From NCBI GenBank assembly GCA_965240325.2, contig OZ251238.1, positions 124,001-188,000 of the forward strand: DNA of 64,000 nt, in the 5' to 3' direction. How positions within the stretch are numbered: the stretch's first letter is position 1; each line of letters starts with the position of its first letter. Below the pieces are notes generated by a model. The model made no database searches, was not told the origin of the DNA, and saw nothing but the letters and a program-made list of their open reading frames with translations. Source of the stretch: Rebecca billardiae RCC1528. Lineage: Eukaryota > Protista > Haptophyta. Positions 10,741 through 21,071 of the stretch are shown here, one piece after another. The position numbers were made by a program, and so were the translations under genes.

Positions 10741-12368
10741 GGAGCCGCGCCGGACCCACCCAGCGCGCGGCAGCAGCTGCAGGGCAGGGCTCGCTCGCGC
10801 GGTGCCGGCCCAAGCGCGCACGGCGCCTCCGGGCCGCGTCGGCGGTGCGGCTGCCGACCCCGCCTGCCCAGCCCTCGCCCGGCGGCCGCCCTGGAGCCGC
10901 GCGGCCGGCGCACTGCGGCCCCCGACCCACGCGAGGACGCGGGCCCGGCGCGCGCCGCCGGGGTCCGACTCCACCACCGCCACCGTCACCGGGCCATGCG
11001 GCCCTCCGCCCGCGGCGAATGGCGGCGGCAGCCGCCGCTGCCGCCTGCGGCCGCCAGCATCGTTGCAATCGTCCGCCGTAGTCTATATCTGCTATCCGCA
11101 TCGTCGTCGCCGCGGATATATCAGCATACTGCTACGCAGTATAGTGCACATGCATACAGTGAACAAAATAATACGGGAATAGTATCGTCACTGTATACAG
11201 TATAGGCGCGTATTCCGTGACTGTCCGACACGAGCGAGCCGATTTTCGCGCGGGGAAATTCTCGCGCGGGCCGCACGAGCGCACAGAAGACGCTACGGTG
11301 GTCGCGCAGGCGCCTGGCGAGTGCCCAGGGCATGGGACTGCAACACCCCACCCAGCCTCCCCATCCCTCCGCCCCTCTCTGCCTCGCCGGGTTGCACGCG
11401 GCTGGCCGGTCCGACGTAGCTCGTGGACAGCCATTCGTGAGCGTGGGGCCCTGCTGCTCAGTGCGGCGATGCGGCGAGGCGAAGCGGCACGTACGATGGC
11501 GCATCTTACTCCAAAGGCAGTCTGCTGCCAGCACAACCGCCCTCGCCGGAGTGCCTGGTCGTCACCTTCGTCGTGTGCACAGACTGTTGCGCGCTGCCGT
11601 CCACAAGCGTCAGTTTGCACAGGCCTCGGCCGCGGAGCCATTCAAACACGCTCGTCCTCGACGAGGCGTGCGCGAGGCACCGCGCGAGCGCGGGAACGGC
11701 CCTTCCCAGCATAGTCCTGCACGGCCATCCACCTCGCCACAGCCTGCCATGGCAAACTCCTCCCCGCACGCAGTGCTCGCATGCCGCGTGCATCAAGTCG
11801 GTCGACTGAGTCACCTGGTAGAAGGTCAAGGGTGCACAGATATTTTCGACTGCGAGGAGAGGGCGGCGAGCACAGGCGCGCGGCGCCGTCCCGCGCTTCA
11901 TTGGGCTGTTCTAGACCAGTCGCGCGCCCGCGGCACCGCGCCCGCCCTCTCCGCTGCGCGTGCCACTCCATATGGCGCGCGCCCTCTCGGGCGATGCGAG
12001 AGTCGCCGTCGACGATGGCCATTATTTATATTAATATTTTTGCGGCCGATTCGTAGTTGCGGCCGCAATAACTACGAAAATATCACGTAGGCCCGATCGA
12101 CGCACTTATTACACTACGCTGCTGCTGATGACGATCGACTGTCGTAGTTGATATGATGCGCGTCTGGCGTCGATCGCCGGCCAGTGACGATGCTGTCACA
12201 CTCAGCAAAGCGCGCTGCTATCTGCCCAGGGCAAGGCGCACTGCGCCGCGCACCAGCGCCAGCAGCGCACACGCCTGGTACGCAGTAGCAGCGTGCTGCG
12301 CGCGCTGTCGTCCGTCGTGACTGGAAACAGCTTAACAGGGCGCGCTCCGCCGGCCGGCCGCGCGGCCC

Positions 12369-14291
12369 TCAGCCGCGCGCGCGCCGCCGCCGCCGGCCGG
12401 GCGCGCACGCGCTGTTCGCCGCCCAGCCCTCATCCGCTCCGCCCGTGTGCCGCACGCGCAGCGAGGGCACGCACGCGCCGCGCGCGCGCTCGGTTGCGGC
12501 CGCGCACGCGCTCTTCCCCTTGAGCCGGCGGCCGGCCGAGGCGTTGGGCCGCGGCGGCGCGTGCGCGCCGAGCGGCACGTAGCAGCAGGCGCACGTGCGC
12601 ACGAGCGCGGCCGCCGGCCGCGCCGCCGCGCCGCCGCCGTGCGGCGCGGGCAGCTCGCGCGAGGGGCCGGCGGCTTGGCGCAGCGCGTGGGCGAGGGTGC
12701 ACTCGTCACGCCGCGGCGCGCAGCCTGCGCCGCCGCCCTCGCGCGCCGCCTGCGCGCCCGCCGCGAGCAGCGCGCGCACGCGCTGCGGCATGCGGCCGAC
12801 GGCGGCGCTGAGCGCGCGCCGCGCGACGCCGTGCAGCGCGCGGTCGGCGGCGGTGGCGCCGAGCGCGGCGCGCACGAGCGCGGGGGTCCACTCGAGCCGG
12901 CCAGTGGCGTGCTGCTGGGCGCGCGTGTTCACGTGCGCGCGCGGCGTGCGCAGCGGGCACTGCGCCATCCCCGCCGCCACGCACACCGCCGCAAGCGTGG
13001 CGGGCAGCGCCTCGGTCAGCCCGAGCACGTCGTAGGGCGCCAGCAGCGCGAGCTGCGCCGCGCTCGCGGGCGGCGGCGGCGGCAGGTGCGGCGCGAGGCT
13101 GTGCGCGCTCAGCAGGCCGAGCCGCTCGAGCAGGTCACCGCCGTCAGCGCCGTCAGCGCCGTCAGCGCCGTCGGGCGCGCGCGGCGGCGCGCCGCCGGCC
13201 AGGCGCACCGCCGCCGGCGACGCCTCCGCCGGCCCTTGCGCCGCGCGGCCGCACGCCTGATCGACCCAGCTGGGCGGCCAGCGCGCCGCCTGCGCGCGCA
13301 GCCGCGCGCGCTCGGTGCCGTTGAAGCCGCCGGCGCCGCCCAGCTGGCGCTGCTGCGGGGGCGGCAGCGGCATGTGCAGGCCGAGGGCGCGGAGGGCGGC
13401 GCCCGCGCCGAAGAGCGCCGACCACTCGGCCGCCGCGTCCTCCGCGCGCGGCCACCCCTCCAGCCCGCGCGCCGCCGCCGCGCGCTGCGCCGGCGCGTAG
13501 CCGCTGTCGGCCGCGAGCGCGTCGCACTGCCGGTTGGGGCTGAGCGCAAAGAAGCGGCCGATGGCGGCGTGCAGCGCGGAGGTGTTGGCGGTGAGCGCCT
13601 CCCACCCGCCGGGCGCGAGCTTCCCGCTCGGCAGCGCGTACGCCGCGCCCTCCGCGCCGAACGCCTGCAGCTGCTGCCGCTGCGCCAGCCCCTCCGGCAG
13701 CTGCCACTGCGAGGCCAGCAGCGACAACGGCGCGCGCAGAGCAACCACCAGCACCGCGCGCGGCGCGCACGGGGCGCGCGCGCCGGGGCGGGCGAGCGCG
13801 CGCGCGAGGGCGCGCGCGCGCGAGGCGTGCCCGATGAAGAGCCGCGAGCCGTCCTGCGGCACGTGGTACTCGATCGACGCGCCGGCGAACGGGAGGCGGC
13901 CGGCCAAAGGAGGGCCGCGCCCGTCGGCGGCGGCGGCCGCGGCGGCGGCGGAGGCGTTGGCCCAGAGCGCGAGCACCTTGGGCCGGTAGTAGGGGTGCAT
14001 GTGGCACCGCGACGGCGTGAGCGTGAGCCGGTCCCGCCGCGACACGTGCAGCCAGCGGCCCGCCGTGTGCAGCGAGAGCCGCTCGAACGCCACGCGCACG
14101 CTCGTGCCGCCCGCGCGCACGAGGTGGCGCCAGAGCACGAGCGGCGCGCACGGCGCGGCGGAGGGCAGCTCGAGCGGCACGATCTCGCTGCACGCGGGCG
14201 CGCGCGGCGGCGCCGCCGGCGCGACCGCGCACGCCGCGCACGCGACGACGAGCGCGGCCGTCGTCGACAGCGCGCAGGCGCGGATGCGCAT
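12369..14291 (-). CDS. Signal-anchored sulfotransferase-like protein
   Basis: N-terminal hydrophobic segment; WRHLVRAGGTSVR resembles the PAPS-binding HIPKTGGTS motif; VVALRAPLS and DVLGLTE resemble Sulfotransfer_2/Gal-3-O-ST motifs. Confidence 0.55.
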   Translation of the reverse strand: MRIRACALSTTAALVVACAACAVAPAAPPRAPACSEIVPLELPSAAPCAPLVLWRHLVRAGGTSVRVAFERLSLHTAGRWLHVSRRDRLTLTPSRCHMHPYYRPKVLALWANASAAAAAAAADGRGPPLAGRLPFAGASIEYHVPQDGSRLFIGHASRARALARALARPGARAPCAPRAVLVVALRAPLSLLASQWQLPEGLAQRQQLQAFGAEGAAYALPSGKLAPGGWEALTANTSALHAAIGRFFALSPNRQCDALAADSGYAPAQRAAAARGLEGWPRAEDAAAEWSALFGAGAALRALGLHMPLPPPQQRQLGGAGGFNGTERARLRAQAARWPPSWVDQACGRAAQGPAEASPAAVRLAGGAPPRAPDGADGADGADGGDLLERLGLLSAHSLAPHLPPPPPASAAQLALLAPYDVLGLTEALPATLAAVCVAAGMAQCPLRTPRAHVNTRAQQHATGRLEWTPALVRAALGATAADRALHGVARRALSAAVGRMPQRVRALLAAGAQAAREGGGAGCAPRRDECTLAHALRQAAGPSRELPAPHGGGAAARPAAALVRTCACCYVPLGAHAPPRPNASAGRRLKGKSACAAATERARGACVPSLRVRHTGGADEGWAANSACAPGRRRRRARG

Positions 14292-14420
14292 GGGCCCGCG
14301 CCGCGCCCGGGCGCAGCGACAAGCGCTATCGCTGGGCACCGGATTCTGCGGCTGGGTTTGCACTTGTTGCACAGCGCTGTTGCGTCTCCAGTTTGGATAC
14401 TAGTACCAAGGGCGGTACTA

Positions 14421-15202
14421 CAGGGTCTCCAACATTAAACTGGACACTTTGGGCAGCAGCTCAGCGTACGGCCTGTGGCTGCCTCGCGCGGGGTCAGGAG
14501 CGGCCAGCTCGGCTCGTGTGCACCCCACTAGGTCTGTCTGCGACCGCGCATAGCCGGGCAGCCCGCGTGGAGCACCCCTCTGGGTCATGCGGACAGTCGG
14601 CACAAGGCTGGTCGTGAGGGCCGTGAAGCAGCCGTGTGGCTTCTGCGCATGTCTGTAGCCAGCAAGCCCGCTCAAGGCCGCGCAGATATTATTACGTGGC
14701 ATGGTCGATGACTATGCGGCATGCGCTCGACAGCCCTGGGCAAGCCCGGACGTAGCGCTACACCAGGAGTATATACGGCTCGATCGGACCAGCCTACCAG
14801 TTGCGCACCTCGCTTGCACAGCTGCTGCACAGCCCATCGATCGGCTCTGGCCGTGCAGGCAAGGGCTACAGTCGGCGCCACTACCCGCAGCGAACGCTGG
14901 AGACCCACCAGTGCGCGCACCAACCCGCCCGCCGCCAAATGCAACCGTGCGCCAGATACGAATTTTAGCAGGCATGCCACCCGCGGGGGCTCCGTGGACC
15001 TGTTCAGAGCCAACCGCTAGTCGGTTGAGCTGTACATCCAAGCCAGCCCTGGCCACACGCTGAGCGCGCCGCTCGCTGCACCCACACCCTGTCGTCATCC
15101 GAGGAGTAAGGTCCATGGCGCTCATGCGAGCCTCTGGCCCATCTCATCGTTAGCAGCCGTAGTCAGCAAAAATCAGTGTCCGAACAATTGTTGGGGACCC
15201 TG
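14421..15202. mobile_element. Tc1/mariner-type non-autonomous element E, copy 1 (782 bp)
   Basis: Imperfect 28-bp TIRs CAGGGTCTCCAACATTAAACTGGACACT / AGTGTCCGAACAATTGTTGGGGACCCTG. Confidence 0.85.
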
Positions 15203-17637
15203 TGTGCACACTCGCCTGCCGCATGTTGAGTGCCTGTCAGCCAGGGAGCTGAAGACGACGGCTTCTCAGAGGCCGCGCGAGCTCGACGGCGGCGCGCGCG
15301 GGCACGGTGGGCTGGCGCGGCCCCGGCGCGCGCCCATCCGGCCGCACGCCGCCGCGCCAGCCGCTCCTGCACGCGGGCTGACCGAGGCGCCAGCCTCACC
15401 CAACCGCCGCTGCTTGCCGTGGAGCTGGTCGGGAGATGATGGGGTGGGTCGGCTGCTCCCAGAAGCTCTCCACGCGCGCCGCGCGCGCTGCATACGGGTG
15501 CGGCGGGTCGGCGCGGCCCCGCCGCGCGCCCATCCGGCCGCGCGCCGCCGCGCCAGCCGCTCCTGCACGCGGGCTGACTCAGGCGTCAGCCTCACCCAAC
15601 CGTGAGCCGCCAGCTGCTTGCCGTGGAGCTGGTCGGGAGAGGATGGGGTGGGTCGGCTGCTCCCAGAAGCTCCCCACGCGCGCCGCGCGCGCTGCATGCG
15701 GGTGCGGCGGGTCGGCGCGGCCCCGCCGCGCGCTCATCCGGCCGCGCGCCGCCGCGCCAGCCGCTCCTGCACGCGGGCTGACTCAGGCGTCAGCCTCACC
15801 CAACCGTGAGCCGCCAGCTGCTTGCCGTGGAGCTGGTCGGGAGATGATGGGGTGGGTCGGCTGCTCCCAGAAGCTCTCCACGCGCGCCGCGCGCGCTGCA
15901 TACGGGTGCGGCGGGTCGGCGCGGCCCCGCCGCGCGCCCATCCGGCCGCGCGCCGCCGCGCCAGCCGCTCCTGCACGCGGGCATGGCTGCCGAAGATCCG
16001 CACGGAATCGGCCGGGCATCAGACAGCAGTACCCGAATAACGGTTCGAATCGCTCAGTAACGTCGAAAGCAATGCCTGCCGGCCGCGGCGCGCCGGCGCG
16101 CAGGTCAGCACGGCGGGCATGCGCTGGTACGGACCACTGTGGTGCTCCTGCGAGCAGCTGCTGACGCGTTGGCGCGATGAGACCAGCGTCCTCGCAAACA
16201 CGTGACCAGGTGGCCCAGTGCCACTGCCCTGCCTCCACACGCTAGTCGAGGGAGTGACGCGTGCCGAATGTGTCTCGCCGGATGACCACCAAGGCTGCTG
16301 TCAATAAATATGAGGTGGGTCTCGTCGACAACCCGAACTGCTGGGTGTCTATTTGAAATATACTCCGCAGATTCTGCCAGTGGCAGCTACGGAGCTACGC
16401 TCGTCGCCGAGATACCTTCAGTGTGCACACTCGCCTGCCGCATGTTGAGTGCCTGTCAGCCAGGGAGCTGAAGACGACGGCTTCTCAGAGGCCGCGCGAG
16501 CTCGACGGCGGCGCGCGCGGGCACGGTGGGCTGGCGCGGCCCCGGCGCGCGCCCATCCGGCCGCACGCCGCCGCGCCAGCCGCTCCTGCACGCGGGCTGA
16601 CCGAGGCGCCAGCCTCACCCAACCGCCGCTGCTTGCCGTGGAGCTGGTCGGGAGATGATGGGGTGGGTCGGCTGCTCCCAGAAGCTCTCCACGCGCGCCG
16701 CGCGCGCTGCATACGGGTGCGGCGGGTCGGCGCGGCCCCGCCGCGCGCCCATCCGGCCGCGCGCCGCCGCGCCAGCCGCTCCTGCACGCGGGCTGACTCA
16801 GGCGTCAGCCTCACCCAACCGTGAGCCGCCAGCTGCTTGCCGTGGAGCTGGTCGGGAGAGGATGGGGTGGGTCGGCTGCTCCCAGAAGCTCCCCACGCGC
16901 GCCGCGCGCGCTGCATGCGGGTGCGGCGGGTCGGCGCGGCCCCGCCGCGCGCCCATCCGGCCGCGCGCCGCCGCGCCAGCCGCTCCTGCACGCGGGCTGA
17001 CTCAGGCGTCAGCCTCACCCAACCGTGAGCCGCCAGCTGCTTGCCGTGGAGCTGGTCGGGAGAGGATGGGGTGGGTCGGCTGCTCCCAGAAGCTCTCCAC
17101 GCGCGCCGCGCGCGCTGCATACGGGTGCGGCGGGTCGGCGCGGCCCCGCCGCGCGCCCATCCGGCCGCGCGCCGCCGCGCCAGCCGCTCCTGCACGCGGG
17201 CATGGCTGCCGAAGATCCGCACGGAATCGGCCGGGCATCAGACAGCAGTACCCGAATAACGGTTCGAATCGCTCAGTAACGTCGAAAGCAATGCCTGCCG
17301 GCCGCGGCGCGCCGGCGCGCAGGTCAGCACGGCGGGCATGCGCTGGTACGGACCACTGTGGTGCTCCTGCGAGCAGCTGCTGACGCGTTGGCGCGATGAG
17401 ACCAGCGTCCTCGCAAACACGTGACCAGGTGGCCCAGTGCCACTGCCCTGCCTCCACACGCTAGTCGAGGGAGTGACGCGTGCCGAATGTGTCTCGCCGG
17501 ATGACCACCAAGGCTGCTGTCAATAAATATGAGGTGGGTCTCGTCGACAACCCGAACTGCTGGGTGTCTATTTGAAATATACTCCGCAGATTCTGCCAGT
17601 GGCAGCTACGGAGCTACGCTCGTCGCCGAGATACCTT
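15203..17637. repeat. Tandem duplication of 1216-bp unit U (15203-16418, 16422-17637) joined by CAG; each unit has about 3.3 copies of a 204-bp subrepeat
   Basis: ORFs repeat at offset 1219; tgcttgccgtggagc recurs at 15411, 15615, 15819. Confidence 0.92.
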
Positions 17638-18419
17638 CAGGGTCTCCAACATTAAACTGGACACTTTGGGCAGCAGCTCAGCGTACGGCCTGTGGCTGCC
17701 TCGCGCGGGGTCAGGAGCGGCCAGCTCGGCTCGTGTGCACCCCACTAGGTCTGTCTGCGACCGCGCATAGCCGGGCAGCCCGCGTGGAGCACCCCTCTGG
17801 GTCATGCGGACAGTCGGCACAAGGCTGGTCGTGAGGGCCGTGAAGCAGCCGTGTGGCTTCTGCGCATGTCTGTAGCCAGCAAGCCCGCTCAAGGCCGCGC
17901 AGATATTATTACGTGGCATGGTCGATGACTATGCGGCATGCGCTCGACAGCCCTGGGCAAGCCCGGACGTAGCGCTACACCAGGAGTATATACGGCTCGA
18001 TCGGACCAGCCTACCAGTTGCGCACCTCGCTTGCACAGCTGCTGCACAGCCCATCGATCGGCTCTGGCCGTGCAGGCAAGGGCTACAGTCGGCGCCACTA
18101 CCCGCAGCGAACGCTGGAGACCCACCAGTGCGCGCACCAACCCGCCCGCCGCCAAATGCAACCGTGCGCCAGATACGAATTTTAGCAGGCATGCCACCCG
18201 CGGGGGCTCCGTGGACCTGTTCAGAGCCAACCGCTAGTCGGTTGAGCTGTACATCCAAGCCAGCCCTGGCCACACGCTGAGCGCGCCGCTCGCTGCACCC
18301 ACACCCTGTCGTCATCCGAGGAGTAAGGTCCATGGCGCTCATGCGAGCCTCTGGCCCATCTCATCGTTAGCAGCCGTAGTCAGCAAAAATCAGTGTCCGA
18401 ACAATTGTTGGGGACCCTG
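17638..18419. mobile_element. Element E, copy 2 (782 bp), same orientation
   Basis: Appears identical to 14421-15202; same ORF translations offset by 3217. Confidence 0.85.
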
Positions 18420-18500
18420 TAGTACATTGCAGACCCCTTGCATGAGCTGCGCTGATCGGGCAGCGCCCGGGCGGGCAGGCCGGCAGGGCCGCGGCCGCCG

Positions 18501-20780
18501 CTACGAGTCCGCGCGGCCCTGCGCGAGCTCGACTGTCGTGTTGAGCGGCAGGCTGTCGAACGTCTCGCACGGCGGCGGCGCGCCCGCGCCCCGCCCGCCG
18601 CTCGGCCAGCACACCGTGACGCTCGCGGCGCCGCCGGGCGGCTGCGGCCCCAGGCCCGCGCACGTGCGGCGCGTGTCGTGCTGGCTGGCGTCGGCGGGGC
18701 CGGACACGTCGCGCCGCACGGTGCGGCCGCCCGCGCTCAGGAGGAGGAGCGCGCCGAGCGCGTCGCGGTTGGCGTGCGCGCCGCGCAGCCGCACGCACAG
18801 CCACGCGCCGCGCTGCCGCGCCTCGTTCCGCCAGAGGAACGTGCTGTTGCGGTCGCTGAGCAGCACGTCCACGCGCCCGTCGCCGTCGTAGTCCGCGAGC
18901 GCCGCGGACACGTGCGGGAAGGCGCGCGCGCTCGAGCGGTAGTCGCCGACGTACGCGCGGCCGAAGCGCGCGGGGAAGGCGCGGCTGAAGCGCAGCGTGC
19001 CGCGCGCGTTCCCCAGCACGACCAGCGCGTGCGGCGCGCCCCGCGCCTCGCCGCCGTCCGCCGCCGCTGCCCTGGCCGCGCGTTGGCTCGCGCACACGCA
19101 CACGCCGAGTGCGTCCATCTGGCCGTCGTTGTCGAGGTCGGCGGCGGCGAGCGGCTCGGCGCGGACGCAGGGCGAGCGCTTGGGGCCCGCCACGTCGACG
19201 GTGCCCATCGGCGTGTCGGCGAGCAGCTCGGCCGGCCCCGCGTACAGCGCGAGCGAGGCGGACGGGCCCTCGGCCGCGCACGTGAGCAGCTCGAGCGTCG
19301 AGGGCTCGCCATCAAAGTCGGCCGCCACGATCGCGCACGGCCGGCGCCGGCTGCGGCGCGGCCGCGCGCCCAGCTGCGAGAAGCTGCCGTCGTACCGCAG
19401 CGCGTCGACGAGCAGCCGCGCGCGCGTCTGCGTGAGCACGTGCGTCACGCCGCCGCGCCGCGCGTGCGTGTTCAGCGCGCGCACGGAGTACAAGATGCCC
19501 GCGCGGCCCTCCTCCCACGCGCTCGTGTTGAGGCCAAGCGGGGGCGAGAGCGGCGGAGAGAGCGGGGGCGGCTCCAAGCCTGCGACGACGCCCGCCTCCG
19601 CGCCTGCGACGCCCGCCCCTGCGCGCGCGACGCCCGCCGTCGGCACGTGCGGCGAGGCGAAGGCGAAGCGCTCGCCCGCGCGCGGGCGCCTGCCGAGGTG
19701 CAGCGAGGACGGCCGCGCGTGGCCCGTCTTGCGCGGCCAGTTCACCGCGAGCACGTCCAGCCAGCCGTCCGCGTTGAAGTCGGCCGCGCAGAAGCCGTGC
19801 GTGCGCTCCAGCGCGCACGCCAGCCCGGCGGCGGCCGCCGCGTGCCGGCCGCCCACGAGGTTGCCCGAGCCGTCGGCTGCGTACAGCGCGTTCCAAGTGT
19901 CGGCCACGCCCCTCGCGCCGGCGCCGAAGCACTCGTCCGCGCCCTGCCCGCACGCGCTCACGTTCGCCTGCCCCTGCGCCGCGCCGATCGACTGGAGCAG
20001 CTCCGGAGAGCCATCGCCGTCGAGGTCGGCCCACAGCGCGCCGTGCGCGTCAAAGTACGGGCTGACGCAGCGCTGCCCGCCGAGCGGCGTGCCGGGCGGG
20101 CCGGAGGCGACGGTGGGCCAGACGAAGTCGCGCGACACGTTGCGTCCGTCGGTCGGCGCGTACCGCGCGTCGGTCGTGCGCAGCGCGGAGCGCGCCCACA
20201 CGCGCGGGTGCAGCGAGCACGCGCCCGTGCAGCGCGCCGTGAACGTGCCGTCGCACCGGCTCTCGAAGAGCAGCCTCGACTGGCCGTGCAGCGTGAGGTA
20301 GATGTCCACGCAGCCGTCGCCGTTGAAGTCCACCCACGACACGCCCCACAGCTCGTGCGACGAGCACGCCGACGCGTCCTCTGCGGCCGCGACGGCGGCG
20401 GGTGGCTCGTCCGCGCGGCCGCGAGCAAACGCGGACGCGGCCGCCTCGTCCTCGGGCGCTGGGGCGGCACTGGCGGCGAGCGCGGCGAAGGCGCACTCGC
20501 TGAGCGGGCGGGCGTGCCACGCCACGCCCGCCAGCCCGGTCACCTCGCGCAGCTGGTAGCGGTGGCCGCGCAGGGCCGCGTCGCGCGGCTCCGCCCAGCT
20601 GCGCGGATCGGCTGCCTCGCCCGGCGGCCGCGCGGCCCGAGAGTGGCGGCCCGCAGCGATGCGCTGGAGAAGCCCCTTTGTAGGCTGCCACCACCGCAGC
20701 TTGGCGCGCTCGTCACCACCGCGCACCACGACGAGCGCGGCGAGGACGACGGGCCACAGGGCGGGGGCCGCCTGTCGCAT
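18501..20780 (-). CDS. Secreted FG-GAP/VCBS repeat protein with C-terminal ASPIC/UnbV domain (CRTAC1-like)
   Basis: Signal peptide; repeats DFNGDGCVDIY, DLDGDGSPELL, DFNADGWLDVL, DLDNDGQMDAL, DYDGDGRVDVL; C-terminal NRDALGA...SQH...GLG...VTVCWPSG. Confidence 0.88.
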   Translation of the reverse strand: MRQAAPALWPVVLAALVVVRGGDERAKLRWWQPTKGLLQRIAAGRHSRAARPPGEAADPRSWAEPRDAALRGHRYQLREVTGLAGVAWHARPLSECAFAALAASAAPAPEDEAAASAFARGRADEPPAAVAAAEDASACSSHELWGVSWVDFNGDGCVDIYLTLHGQSRLLFESRCDGTFTARCTGACSLHPRVWARSALRTTDARYAPTDGRNVSRDFVWPTVASGPPGTPLGGQRCVSPYFDAHGALWADLDGDGSPELLQSIGAAQGQANVSACGQGADECFGAGARGVADTWNALYAADGSGNLVGGRHAAAAAGLACALERTHGFCAADFNADGWLDVLAVNWPRKTGHARPSSLHLGRRPRAGERFAFASPHVPTAGVARAGAGVAGAEAGVVAGLEPPPLSPPLSPPLGLNTSAWEEGRAGILYSVRALNTHARRGGVTHVLTQTRARLLVDALRYDGSFSQLGARPRRSRRRPCAIVAADFDGEPSTLELLTCAAEGPSASLALYAGPAELLADTPMGTVDVAGPKRSPCVRAEPLAAADLDNDGQMDALGVCVCASQRAARAAAADGGEARGAPHALVVLGNARGTLRFSRAFPARFGRAYVGDYRSSARAFPHVSAALADYDGDGRVDVLLSDRNSTFLWRNEARQRGAWLCVRLRGAHANRDALGALLLLSAGGRTVRRDVSGPADASQHDTRRTCAGLGPQPPGGAASVTVCWPSGGRGAGAPPPCETFDSLPLNTTVELAQGRADS

Positions 20781-21071
20781 CGCGTCGATCCCGCGCGAAC
20801 TGCTTCGTGCCGCTTGCCCGCTTCGTCAGTTCGTTCGGTCGCTCGCGAGCGAAACATTTTCAATGGGTCGTTTGCTCGCGCGAGGTGATTTTTTTAGAAT
20901 TTTTCCCGGTCCACAGAAATTGTTGCGTCGTGGGCCAGTGGGCCACCCCACCCCGCACGCCTGCGGCCGTGCGGCAGCGCACTGTGCAGTGCCGTACTCG
21001 CCGCCTAGTACTCGCCGGACTGGCGCCGGGCGGTCAGCAGATTCAGACGCAGTAGGCAGCATCACTGCTGA

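Larger units (their letters stand above)
14421..18419. mobile_element. Composite non-autonomous transposon E-U-CAG-U-E (3999 bp) flanked by TA duplication
   Basis: Two direct 782-bp TIR elements enclose two 1216-bp units. TA at 14419-14420 and 18420-18421; reconstructed empty site gtacTAgtac. Confidence 0.85.

Noticed and set aside
16012-16036. About 19/23 similarity between U (gggcatcagacagcagtacccga) and the reverse complement of 47122-47143
   Set aside because: Too short and does not visibly extend; may be chance.
14421-18419. LTR retrotransposon/TRIM reading of the 782-bp direct repeats
   Set aside because: Ends are CA..TG with mariner-like TIRs rather than TG..CA, the duplication is TA, and no PBS, PPT or pol is evident.
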